Positions 1 to 7,686 of a DNA stretch of 64,000 bases are shown one piece after another. This DNA is from a virus. The DNA is taken from IMG/VR virus record IMGVR_UViG_3300043438_002264, positions 1-64,000 of that record; one strand, written 5' to 3'. Position numbers and translations under genes: made by a program. Position 1 is the first letter of the stretch, and the number at the start of each line of letters is the position of its first letter. The notes below the pieces were generated by a model. It searched no databases and was not told the origin of the DNA. It saw nothing but the letters and a program-made list of their open reading frames with translations.

Positions 1-2
1 CA

Positions 3-143
3 GAGGCAGACTTGCTTGTGTTTGATAGCGATGTCCTGACCTTGCAGCAATGGGAAACTCTTGGTGAGGTAAGCGACAACGATAGGTATGAGTATGTTCA
101 GGCTATCTTTGCTGGCAAAGACTTATCACTATGGGAGGGCTAA
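3..143 (+). CDS. hypothetical protein, 5'-truncated
   Basis: Open frame from the window edge to TAA 141-143, which overlaps the next ATG (TAATG). Confidence 0.6.
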   Translation, partial: EADLLVFDSDVLTLQQWETLGEVSDNDRYEYVQAIFAGKDLSLWEG

Positions 144-463
144 TGTTAGACCTGATAGAGATGGATTACAGGATTGATGAGTATACCAATGAGGCTAAAG
201 GTATTGCTTTCGATACCTGCCACAAAATCTACGTCCTAATGGATGAGGAGCAGGTTGCTCTTATGCGTGAGTATGGCTATGAAAAACTAATCACAAGTGA
301 TGAGATGAATGGTGATGAGCTAAGACGGCAAGTCATGGACTGGTATCACGAGTCTTGTGGACTTAGGTTTGTCAATGCCGTGTCAAGTGATAAAAGTTTT
401 GGGGATGATGGTTGGGTCACCATTATTGGTCAGGGCGAGGATTCTGAAGACGAAGATGAATAA
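143..463 (+). CDS. acidic hypothetical early protein
   Basis: ORF 131..463; start moved to ATG 143 because of TAATG coupling. Confidence 0.7.
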   Translation: MLDLIEMDYRIDEYTNEAKGIAFDTCHKIYVLMDEEQVALMREYGYEKLITSDEMNGDELRRQVMDWYHESCGLRFVNAVSSDKSFGDDGWVTIIGQGEDSEDEDE

Positions 464-504
464 TGTCGGTGGGTGCTGATAAAGTGGAAGAAAGAAAGGA
501 AACT

Positions 505-675
505 ATGAAAACTTGGCAAGTAGAATACAATGCCGCTTATTGGGTAGAAGCAGAGACAGAAGATGAGGCTATTGAATTAGCTATGGAGAAACACGCTGAC
601 CTACCAGACGGAGATTGGGAAGCTATGATTGACCCCTATGATAGCAACAACTTCAATACCCTTGGAGAAAAGTAA
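505..675 (+). CDS. small acidic hypothetical protein (VEAETEDEAIELA family)
   Basis: ORF 463..675; RBS AGAAAGGA precedes ATG 505. Confidence 0.7.
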   Translation: MKTWQVEYNAAYWVEAETEDEAIELAMEKHADLPDGDWEAMIDPYDSNNFNTLGEK

Positions 676-794
676 TGTCAGCGGGTAGCGTTATAATTAT
701 TGAGTGCCCAAGGCACGAAGGCAATTTCGATTGCACACCATTCTGCAACATATGTGAAGGAGAACAGGAGATAAAATGGGCACCAGGAATCTAA
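675..794 (+). CDS. 39-aa Cys-rich peptide (CPRHEGNFDCTPFCNIC)
   Basis: Translated by hand; TAATG-coupled to the upstream gene; 4 Cys and 1 His; below the ORF-track cutoff. Confidence 0.55.
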   Translation: MSAGSVIIIECPRHEGNFDCTPFCNICEGEQEIKWAPGI

Positions 795-1279
795 CAGTAG
801 TAAAGAATTCGCAGGGTACTACCAAAATTGCTCAATACGGACAATGGGACGGATACCCAAGCTATTCAGGTATTCAGGTCTTAGAGTTTTTGCGTGATGA
901 GTATAACCAACAGCTGTTGGAAGCTAAGCTTGATGTTGTAGAGTTTATTACAGACGAAGAGCTTGACACTATCTATGAGCCTTTCAAGACTATGGATTTT
1001 GAGAATAAGGAATTCCTAAACGCCTACCCTGGCCTACACAGAGATACAGGTGTTGACATTTTGAAAGTTGTTGCCAACGCCAAGGGTATTATCAAGACTG
1101 TAGACAATTCAGACTTTAGGAATGATGAACTATTTTGCGAGGGCGTCTATGAAGTAGACTTCCAATCTAAAAAGTTTATCTCTACTTATAACGAAATCAT
1201 CAAAGAGTTCTTTTTAGAAAACCTTCCGACTAATGAACACTACCTAACTGCAATGGGTGTGGAGCTGGAAACAGTATAA
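776..1279 (+). CDS. conserved phage hypothetical protein (MGTR...QWDGYP)
   Basis: RBS AGGAG; N-terminal motif typical of phage early proteins. Confidence 0.75.
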   Translation: MGTRNLTVVKNSQGTTKIAQYGQWDGYPSYSGIQVLEFLRDEYNQQLLEAKLDVVEFITDEELDTIYEPFKTMDFENKEFLNAYPGLHRDTGVDILKVVANAKGIIKTVDNSDFRNDELFCEGVYEVDFQSKKFISTYNEIIKEFFLENLPTNEHYLTAMGVELETV

Positions 1280-1283
1280 GCAT

Positions 1284-1348
1284 GTTGGCCTAACCTTACT
1301 TCCTTTCTGTTAGGTCAACCGTCCTGGACACGACGTACAAACTGTCCA
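1284..1348 (+). ncRNA. 3' UTR structured element: hairpin with anti-SD loop plus H-type pseudoknot
   Basis: Stem GTTGGCCTAAC/GTTAGGTCAAC; pseudoknot stems CGTC/GACG and TGGACA/TGTCCA. Confidence 0.55.
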
Positions 1349-1355
1349 CTCTTTT

Positions 1356-1430
1356 GGGCTAGCCCACTTGTGTCTAAATGTCAAGCCCTTTACGATCTGT
1401 TTACGATAACCTCGAATCTTTTCCCAAATT
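1356..1430. repeat. composite element copy 1 (GGCTAGCC...TTACGA-N16-CCCAAAT)
   Basis: Palindrome 1356-1365, TTACGA 1401, CCCAAAT 1423; same spacing at 2553 and 5338. Confidence 0.75.
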
Positions 1431-1434
1431 AGTC

Positions 1435-1463
1435 TTGACTTTGTCGGTGGGTGGGTGTAAGAT
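1435..1463 (+). promoter_or_regulatory. early sigma70-type promoter
   Basis: TTGACT-17-TAAGAT with TGTCGGTGGG in the spacer. Confidence 0.75.
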
Positions 1464-1497
1464 AGTCTTATCTAAACACTAAAGAAAGGCAATACAA

Positions 1498-2508
1498 ATG
1501 GCACATTTGTTAGAATCAGTAAACGGAGAAACAGCATTTGCTTCTTTTCGTGAGCCAGCTTGGCACGGATTGGGAACTGTATTCACTGAGGAAGTTTCAA
1601 CAGCTGAAATGCTAAAGAAAGCTAAACTAAACAACTGGGATGTTCGCTTGGAAGATGTAGAGATTCCTAACCAGTTTAGTTCCGACAAGAATTATTCTTT
1701 TGTCGTTAGAGATAACCCATTTACCTTGGGCAATAAGGATGTTCTTGGCATTGTCGGTGAGCGTTATGTTCCTCTTCAGAATGAGGAGCTATTTGATTTT
1801 GCTGACACACTATTAGACAATGGTGGCAGATGGGAAACTGCTGGTTCCATCAAGGGCGGTAGAGTTGTATTTGGCTCACTTGCTCTTGAGCGTGAAACTG
1901 TTATTGACCCTAACGGAGTTGGAGATAAAGTAAACACCTATCTTCTTGTAAACACATCTCACGACGGCTCTATTGCTATTCAGGCAAGCATTACACCTGT
2001 CCGAGTTGTATGTGCTAACACTCTAAACCTTGCTCTTGGTAATCGTGGGCGTAATGGTTCAGTAAAGCAGTCATTCAAGATTCGCCACACACAGACAGCA
2101 GAAGGTAAGATTCAGGTTGCTCGTGAGGCTCTTGGACTTGCTAACGCATACATTGATGAGTTTAGCCTAATGGCAAACAAGATGATTCAAGCTGAGGTTA
2201 GCAAAAAGAAGTTTGATGAAATTGTTTTGGCATTGTATCCACAGCCAAAAGAAGAAGCAAAGAACGCCAACAGTCGTTGGGCAAAAAAGATTGACCTTAT
2301 CAATGACATCTATGTTGGTGATTTCAACAACACAATTACTGGAACAGCTTGGGGTGTTGCTAATGCCCTAACTGAAAGATTAGACTGGTATAGAACAGGT
2401 CGCAAAGGCAAAACAGAATCACTTCTTGTTGGTGCCTCTGGTCTTGACCCAGTCATCAATGCTGAGAAGAATAGAATCTTCAAGGCAGTTCAGTTGGCAA
2501 CAGCCTAA
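1498..2508 (+). CDS. DUF932 / TIGR03299-type phage-plasmid protein
   Basis: Motifs PAWHGLG, YVPLQNEELF, WETAGSIKGGR, NTSHDGS, TPVRVVCANTL, RHT. Confidence 0.85.
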   Translation: MAHLLESVNGETAFASFREPAWHGLGTVFTEEVSTAEMLKKAKLNNWDVRLEDVEIPNQFSSDKNYSFVVRDNPFTLGNKDVLGIVGERYVPLQNEELFDFADTLLDNGGRWETAGSIKGGRVVFGSLALERETVIDPNGVGDKVNTYLLVNTSHDGSIAIQASITPVRVVCANTLNLALGNRGRNGSVKQSFKIRHTQTAEGKIQVAREALGLANAYIDEFSLMANKMIQAEVSKKKFDEIVLALYPQPKEEAKNANSRWAKKIDLINDIYVGDFNNTITGTAWGVANALTERLDWYRTGRKGKTESLLVGASGLDPVINAEKNRIFKAVQLATA

Positions 2509-2515
2509 CAGCAAA

Positions 2516-2542
2516 ACACCTGAGCAAGTGTAAAAACTGCTC
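2516..2542 (+). ncRNA. 3' UTR H-type pseudoknot copy 2
   Basis: ACAC/GTGT and GAGCA/TGCTC, 7 nt after the stop codon. Confidence 0.55.
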
Positions 2543-2552
2543 CCTCTTTTGG

Positions 2553-2625
2553 GGCTAGCCAACTTTACATAAAATAATTAACACCAAAAAATTCTTTACG
2601 AACAATCAAAAAAATCCCCCGAAAT
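2553..2625. repeat. composite element copy 2
   Basis: GGCTAGCC 2553, TTACGA 2596, CCCGAAAT 2618. Confidence 0.75.
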
Positions 2626-2627
2626 CG

Positions 2628-2656
2628 TTGACTTTGTCGGTGGGTATCAGTATAAT
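2628..2656 (+). promoter_or_regulatory. early promoter, leaderless transcript
   Basis: TTGACT-17-TATAAT; ATG 6 nt downstream. Confidence 0.8.
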
Positions 2657-2662
2657 ATACCT

Positions 2663-3049
2663 ATGAACGTAAAAACCCTAAACCACATTGAAACTGCAAA
2701 AGTCCTTGGTCTCAAGAAGGGCGTTATTGTTTATCCTCATGCTGTTGTCAATACCCGCAAAGGTTTGGCAACTGTATCCTTTGAAGGTGTTGGATGGTTT
2801 GAAGACGAGTGCATGTATCCAGTCCTTGTTGGAGACGAATACAACAGCTGGATGGCAAAGCTTACTAAGGAGCAACTGCTAAGCTTAGTAAGAGAAGAAC
2901 CAGGAATGACCCTGCATAAACTAATAGACCCAATCAACGATAGAACACGATCTAATCTGTGGATTTGGGAAAATCAAATCAAAGACTTTGACCAAAATGT
3001 CGTAGGGTCAGAGTATAATGAACTGAAAAGAGAGGAAGCCCATGCCTGA
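2663..3049 (+). CDS. hypothetical protein
   Basis: 128-aa ORF directly after a consensus promoter. Confidence 0.7.
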   Translation: MNVKTLNHIETAKVLGLKKGVIVYPHAVVNTRKGLATVSFEGVGWFEDECMYPVLVGDEYNSWMAKLTKEQLLSLVREEPGMTLHKLIDPINDRTRSNLWIWENQIKDFDQNVVGSEYNELKREEAHA

Positions 3050-3221
3050 ATTTAGAGTACAAAGAGAATACACCAACTGGGAAGAGATTACAGTTGAAGC
3101 AGATACACAAGAAGAGGCCTTAGACCTTGCTCAAGATGATGAGGACCTTTGGGAGTATGCAATTGATGCTACCACATACAACTACACAGGCGAGTATTGG
3201 GTAGGAGAAGACGATGAGTAA
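3042..3221 (+). CDS. small acidic hypothetical protein (VEADTQEEALDLA family)
   Basis: Hand-translated, 59 aa; RBS GAGG; resembles 505..675. Confidence 0.65.
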   Translation: MPEFRVQREYTNWEEITVEADTQEEALDLAQDDEDLWEYAIDATTYNYTGEYWVGEDDE

Positions 3222-3318
3222 GCACATTCATTACTATGCATACGGAGCCTGCACTCATTGTGGCAAGGTAGTAAACAAAGGATTAGGTGTTGACTTATAC
3301 AAAGGCAAGAGAGTATAA
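3214..3318 (+). CDS. 34-aa CxxC peptide
   Basis: Hand-translated MSKHIHYYAYGACTHCGK...; RBS AGGAG. Confidence 0.4.
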   Translation: MSKHIHYYAYGACTHCGKVVNKGLGVDLYKGKRV

Positions 3319-3337
3319 TGGAGAAAGGAGAAAATAA

Positions 3338-3481
3338 ATGACAATGGATGAACTAATGGAATACATTCTAAGAGAACTCCCTAATGCTGTATTTGGCGAG
3401 GAACACACTAACGGAGAAATCCTAATCGCAACTGGATTAGTAGAAGGCAAAAACGGAACCCTATCAGATTTGGATGACTAA
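3338..3481 (+). CDS. 47-aa hypothetical protein
   Basis: RBS GAAAGGAG; TAATG-coupled to the next gene; promoter TTGACT-18-TATAAT at 3290-3319. Confidence 0.65.
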   Translation: MTMDELMEYILRELPNAVFGEEHTNGEILIATGLVEGKNGTLSDLDD

Positions 3482-3876
3482 TGGAGCCAACAGAATACAA
3501 AGGCTGGGATGAGTGGGCTAAAAAGTTCAAGCCTATTCAGAATCACTTTTACCCAGACCAACCAGAAACCACAATGTTTGAAACTTATGGTGAAGAAGTA
3601 GAGTTTGTCAATAACTATGACCATAGGTATGTTTGGACTAATCTTACTGGAGACATGTCAGACCTTATTTGTGCTGGCTATCACTATGTAAATAGGATTG
3701 GTTATTACATTACTGAGGTACCGTGGGATAATGAGGATGACTATGCTTTACTATCAGTTGAGGTAGAGTGTGAATGCTACAACGAAGATGGCTATGAAAA
3801 TGGCGAGTATGGAAAAGCAGACTGTAAAGAATGCGAAGGTTATGGAATGATAACGAGGTATCTCGATGAGGACTAA
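3481..3876 (+). CDS. hypothetical protein with C-terminal Zn-finger-like CxC...CxxCxG
   Basis: ORF track; FETYGEE and GYHYVNRIGYYITEVPW motifs. Confidence 0.75.
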   Translation: MEPTEYKGWDEWAKKFKPIQNHFYPDQPETTMFETYGEEVEFVNNYDHRYVWTNLTGDMSDLICAGYHYVNRIGYYITEVPWDNEDDYALLSVEVECECYNEDGYENGEYGKADCKECEGYGMITRYLDED

Positions 3877-4201
3877 TAGTATTGATAAGACTAAGTTTAT
3901 CTATGACCTAAACATCTATCAGCTGGAGGAGCTGGACGCTGATGGTGAGTACAGGTATATGGGGCCATGGTATATCCATGTCTATGAATACACTGGTAAC
4001 ACGACGGAAGAGGTATCAGTTCCGATCGAGCTGACTCAAGATGAGTATAATAATATACTTAGAGATGACCCATACTATGATGAAAACGATGTCTGGTATG
4101 GCCTGGACGGATTCATGTTTGAAAAATGGAACAACCTGTCAGATAGACTCAAGTTTATCTTTGAGTCCCTACCTAAATACAAGGAAGAAGTTTTATTTTG
4201 A
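3866..4201 (+). CDS. hypothetical protein
   Basis: ORF track; overlaps the upstream stop. Confidence 0.7.
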   Translation: MRTNSIDKTKFIYDLNIYQLEELDADGEYRYMGPWYIHVYEYTGNTTEEVSVPIELTQDEYNNILRDDPYYDENDVWYGLDGFMFEKWNNLSDRLKFIFESLPKYKEEVLF

Positions 4202-4204
4202 TAC

Positions 4205-4233
4205 TTGACAAACTAATAGGATTCCTGTACAAT
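4205..4233 (+). promoter_or_regulatory. sigma70-type promoter
   Basis: TTGACA-17-TACAAT. Confidence 0.7.
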
Positions 4234-4281
4234 GGAATAGCAATACAAAACAATAACCAACAACCCAATAGGAGTAATAAA

Positions 4282-4440
4282 ATGGCAAAGAAGAACAAGG
4301 CAAAAACCTATCCTTATCTTGAGACTTGGGACACACGCTATGGTATGAGTCAGCGTGTGGTTCTACGCAAGGATGGTAAGTTCGTAGATAACATCTCACT
4401 TACCGCACTGAAGCAAGGGGTTAGGGTTTCCTCTCGCTAA
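4282..4440 (+). CDS. small basic hypothetical protein
   Basis: RBS AGGAG before ATG 4282 within ORF 4198..4440. Confidence 0.7.
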   Translation: MAKKNKAKTYPYLETWDTRYGMSQRVVLRKDGKFVDNISLTALKQGVRVSSR

Positions 4441-4451
4441 TCAGTAAATGA

Positions 4452-4490
4452 GAAAAGGGGGGCACAGGTTCAGGCTTGTGTCCCCTTTCC
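4452..4490 (+). terminator. stem-loop, probable terminator
   Basis: GAAAAGGGGGGCACAGG / CTTGTGTCCCCTTTCC. Confidence 0.55.
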
Positions 4491-4514
4491 CGTTCTGGTA
4501 TAATGAGAGGACCT

Positions 4515-4727
4515 ATGAGAAGAAGAATAAAAACAGAAGAAGAAAAAGCAGCATTGAAGTTAGCAACAATTGTTTCTGATGTGAGATTAGACTTAGATGA
4601 AGTTGGTATCTATCTTGGAAGATACGCACCAGCAGTTTCATACAACAGACTAATACTTGTAGCAGAATCAGCAGAGTTTGAGAAAGAGAGTATAGATGTC
4701 CGAAACACCCACGAACCACTTTTTTAG
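4515..4727 (+). CDS. hypothetical protein
   Basis: GAGG RBS and TATAAT before ATG 4515. Confidence 0.7.
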   Translation: MRRRIKTEEEKAALKLATIVSDVRLDLDEVGIYLGRYAPAVSYNRLILVAESAEFEKESIDVRNTHEPLF

Positions 4728-4977
4728 AAAGTGTGAGATTCTTGGAGAGCTTTGGCTCAACTATCGTAATGACGAACAGTTCCAAGACTTTATAGAATAC
4801 AACGACTTGGGCTTGCCACTTGCTTATGCGTTTGCTAATGAAATTGCCAAAGAGACAGAGCTGGCAGAAAGATATGTAAATGAAAGCTATGACCTACTCG
4901 CAGAATCTTTGGGGGTATCAGGAACAGAACCATTTGATAGTCTTGAAGATATGTTAGAACAGTCAGTAGGAGAATAA
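4696..4977 (+). CDS. acidic hypothetical protein
   Basis: ORF track; paralogue of the next gene (DLGLPLAY vs DIGFPLAS). Confidence 0.75.
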   Translation: MSETPTNHFFRKCEILGELWLNYRNDEQFQDFIEYNDLGLPLAYAFANEIAKETELAERYVNESYDLLAESLGVSGTEPFDSLEDMLEQSVGE

Positions 4978-5303
4978 TGCCAGAGACACTACATTCAGAT
5001 AAGAGAGCTATCCTTGCTCAAATGTGGGAAGAGGACAGAGAGAATCTGGCTCTTCAGAAATTGTTTGAGTATGGAGATATTGGATTTCCACTCGCAAGCT
5101 CTATAGAGAATGATATTGTTGCCAGCACCTTAGTAGCAGAAAAATACATTGAGGATTTGTGGAATGTAATGCTTCAGTATTTTGGTGTTGAGGATACAGG
5201 AGAGTATGACCACTGGACGGACATCGCAGATGCGGCTGGTTGGGAGTGGGTAGAAAACTCAGAAGTTCCAGCGTATCTTGAAAAGTTAGAAAAAGAAAAC
5301 TAA
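4977..5303 (+). CDS. acidic hypothetical protein, tandem paralogue
   Basis: TAATG coupling; AGGAG RBS. Confidence 0.75.
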   Translation: MPETLHSDKRAILAQMWEEDRENLALQKLFEYGDIGFPLASSIENDIVASTLVAEKYIEDLWNVMLQYFGVEDTGEYDHWTDIADAAGWEWVENSEVPAYLEKLEKEN

Positions 5304-5337
5304 TAGACTTGCCCTCACTTAAGGTGGGGGTAAAGTC

Positions 5338-5830
5338 GGCTAGCCCTATCAAATTGAGATATCCAAATAGCCAAATACCATTACGAACGCTATCATATTT
5401 TTCCCAAATTGTCAAATACTATTTTCCCAAATAGGATTACGATCCTAATATGTTTTTCCCCAAAATGGGATTACGATCCATAGGATCTTTTTCCCAAATA
5501 GGGGTATAATTGGTATATGAGCCCAAGAAGATATTTCACACACTTCACAAATATGTATGTTCCCATAGATGATAATGTTAACTATGGTACTAACCTATGG
5601 TTTACCTTTACTGCTATTACAGGTATATCTAAGCTCTTCACATATACCCCCGATTTTTTGCAGGGGCAGGAGCAGCAGCCGCAGGCTGCAGATTCCCAGG
5701 GTATTGAAGACACCTTGGATAACAAATCCCTCTAGTATAATATACATTACGAACCCTTTGGATTTTTCCCCAAATATGGGATATGTTTCTTAAAATAACA
5801 TTACGATTATCAAATATTTTATCCCAAATT
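5338..5830. repeat. composite element copy 3 plus array of TTACGA-N16-CCCAAA units
   Basis: GGCTAGCC 5338; TTACGA at 5381, 5437, 5471, 5747, 5801, each with CCCAAA 22 nt later. Confidence 0.8.
5517..5735 (+). CDS. hypothetical protein, leaderless
   Basis: TATAAT 6 nt upstream of ATG. Confidence 0.5.
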   Translation: MSPRRYFTHFTNMYVPIDDNVNYGTNLWFTFTAITGISKLFTYTPDFLQGQEQQPQAADSQGIEDTLDNKSL

Positions 5831-5876
5831 GGGGATATTATTGTATGTTTTATATGCGGATATTTGGCATACAAGG

Positions 5877-5918
5877 ATACAGTATTTGGTATTTGATATA
5901 CAGTATTTGGTACTTGAC
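5877..5918 (+). repeat. 21-bp tandem repeat x2
   Basis: ATACAGTATTTGGTATTTGAT / ATACAGTATTTGGTACTTGAC. Confidence 0.8.
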
Positions 5919-6023
5919 AAATGAGGGAAAGTGTGATAGGCAATTTGGGCCTTACGAACCCTCAATCAGAAATGCCCCATTACCCATATCTCTCCACAAC
6001 CATCCACAAATAGCCAAATAGAT

Positions 6024-6064
6024 TTATCCACAGTAAGATGTATATGTGGATAACTTGTGAATAA
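6024..6064. promoter_or_regulatory. DnaA-box cluster (possible origin)
   Basis: TTATCCACA 6024-6032, TGTGGATAA 6045-6053, TGTGAATAA 6056-6064. Confidence 0.65.
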
Positions 6065-6364
6065 CTTATCAAATATGTGTATAAGTTTTTAAAATTTGGG
6101 GGTATTTAGATCTTCGGATGGGCGGCTATCGTTTATTCAAATATGCCAATATGAGAGCACAAACGCCAAATAGGATTGTCAGGCATATGATGATTTGGTC
6201 ATTTGTCATGTATCCAGTATAGCAAGATTTCTGGATTATTTCTTCAATGTTATTAATGAGCATATGAGGGTTATTGCTATCATCCAAACCATCACGTTAT
6301 CCAACATAGGTTATTCCTTATACTAGGGATTACGAAGGCTCGTTTTAATACCCCCGAAATTATC

Positions 6365-6440
6365 TGGTGCCCTCAGTTGGACTCGAACCAACACTGAATA
6401 GATTTTAAGTCTACTTCCTCTGCCATTGGGATATGAGGGC
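6365..6440 (-). tRNA. tRNA-Leu(TAA), short variable loop, encoded CCA
   Basis: Cloverleaf GCCCTCA...TGAGGGC-A-CCA; anticodon loop CTTAAAA; T loop TTCGAGT. Confidence 0.92.
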
Positions 6441-6446
6441 TAATGA

Positions 6447-6647
6447 CTATTTTCTACCCCAACTGACTTTAAGCCAAAACCTTTCATGGATGTAATACAA
6501 TACAAAGTTAATAAGATTTGATATCAAGGATAGGGATGCTGCAAACTCCCAGCTGTTGGTCATTACGAACCCAACTCCAAATGTCACGAATATTGCTATT
6601 AGTCTCCAGGTTATGGACTTAGCTAGTGAACGTCTTTTACTGACCAT
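6447..6647 (-). CDS. DUF2061-like small membrane protein
   Basis: RSLAKSITWR...YYIHERFW pattern. Confidence 0.8.
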   Translation of the reverse strand: MVSKRRSLAKSITWRLIAIFVTFGVGFVMTNSWEFAASLSLISNLINFVLYYIHERFWLKVSWGRK

Positions 6648-6852
6648 CTATTTCCCAGTCTTTGGCATATCCATAACATACCCCACCTGTGGTCATATCC
6701 CAAATAGCGATCTCTCCTAGCTGGAGATATTTGACCTGAGTTGGGGATGTGATATGGAACATCCATTTGCCTTCTGGAATAGCAAATTCAGTATCTGAGT
6801 CACTCATTCGATTGATATGTGTGTCTCTCTTGGCTGTTGCAAATTGGCTCAT
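6637..6852 (-). CDS. hypothetical protein, leaderless
   Basis: ATG 6 nt after TATAAT. Confidence 0.65.
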   Translation of the reverse strand: MSQFATAKRDTHINRMSDSDTEFAIPEGKWMFHITSPTQVKYLQLGEIAIWDMTTGGVCYGYAKDWEIDGQ

Positions 6853-6858
6853 ATATAA

Positions 6859-6916
6859 ATTATACAGGGGACACTAGAGAATGTCAAGCACTTGTGCTTG
6901 CATTAATCTCTATTTA
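6859..6916 (-). promoter_or_regulatory. promoter cassette copy A with palindrome overlapping -35
   Basis: TTGACA-17-TATAAT; CAAGCAC-TT-GTGCTTG; 58-bp near-duplicate at 8121-8178. Confidence 0.75.
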
Positions 6917-6927
6917 CCGCCGAACTT

Positions 6928-7686
6928 TTAGTTATTAGTTTCAATAATACGGGTGTATGTAATATCGCTATTGCCGTTGCCTTTAGCCCAGTTTTTTATC
7001 GAACGAACTTCAGTCCTGTCTCCTGGCTTACCCCCAGCGTGGATCATTTCGTCAGGGCCTATATAGATTCCGATGTGATAGGCACTACCATAACTTTGAT
7101 AGTTAAAAGACACAAGGTCCCCAATCTTAGGAACAGTGACAATGGCTCCAGATAGTCTTTGCTTTGTTGCACTGTGCTCTAGATCAACACCCAGGTGAGC
7201 ATATGTCCACATAACCATTCCTGAGCAGTCCCAAGCTGATGGCGTGGATCCGCTAAAGACCCAAGGTGTTTTTCCAATTTGCTTTTTAACCAAGACTAAA
7301 GTTTCATTCAACTTCTTGGTATCGCTGGCAACTTTTTCCAGTCTGGCAATCTCTGCCTCTAGCTCATCTTGTTTTTTCTCAGCGTCGGACTTGAGCTTAT
7401 CCTTTGCTGCCTTCTCCTGAGCCATCCAATCAACGGAACCAACAAGTGGTGCGTCTGAAGCCAGGACTGGCCCAACTGCCAACTCTAGAGCCTTCACTGG
7501 CCCTGAGAAGATAACTTCTGTTGTTACTGGAGAATCAATTACTGGTGTTGGCTTTGTTACTTGTGTTACTGGTTGTTCTATGTTTGATGACTCAGTTGAC
7601 TCTATCATAGCTCCAAAAGCTACTCCAGTGCCACTTGTCAGTAGCAGTGCAATCATACCAATTGCTATGAACCTTTTTTCTTTCAT
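6928..7686 (-). CDS. secreted NlpC/P60 peptidoglycan endopeptidase
   Basis: Signal peptide, coiled coil, TPWVFSG, DCSG, HIGIY, MIHA. Confidence 0.9.
   Translation of the reverse strand: MKEKRFIAIGMIALLLTSGTGVAFGAMIESTESSNIEQPVTQVTKPTPVIDSPVTTEVIFSGPVKALELAVGPVLASDAPLVGSVDWMAQEKAAKDKLKSDAEKKQDELEAEIARLEKVASDTKKLNETLVLVKKQIGKTPWVFSGSTPSAWDCSGMVMWTYAHLGVDLEHSATKQRLSGAIVTVPKIGDLVSFNYQSYGSAYHIGIYIGPDEMIHAGGKPGDRTEVRSIKNWAKGNGNSDITYTRIIETNN

Noticed and set aside
1320-2542. CTGA...AAAC motifs as hammerhead ribozymes
   Set aside because: The CUGANGA/GAAA core and three-way junction are absent; pairing fits an H-type pseudoknot instead
5338-5830. Repeat region as a CRISPR mini-array
   Set aside because: Repeats are short, bipartite and degenerate with irregular periods, not identical 25-40 bp repeats with uniform spacers
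5569-5943. ORFs 5569..5793 (+) and 5638..5943 (-)
   Set aside because: They run through the repeat array with no RBS or protein-like features; probably spurious
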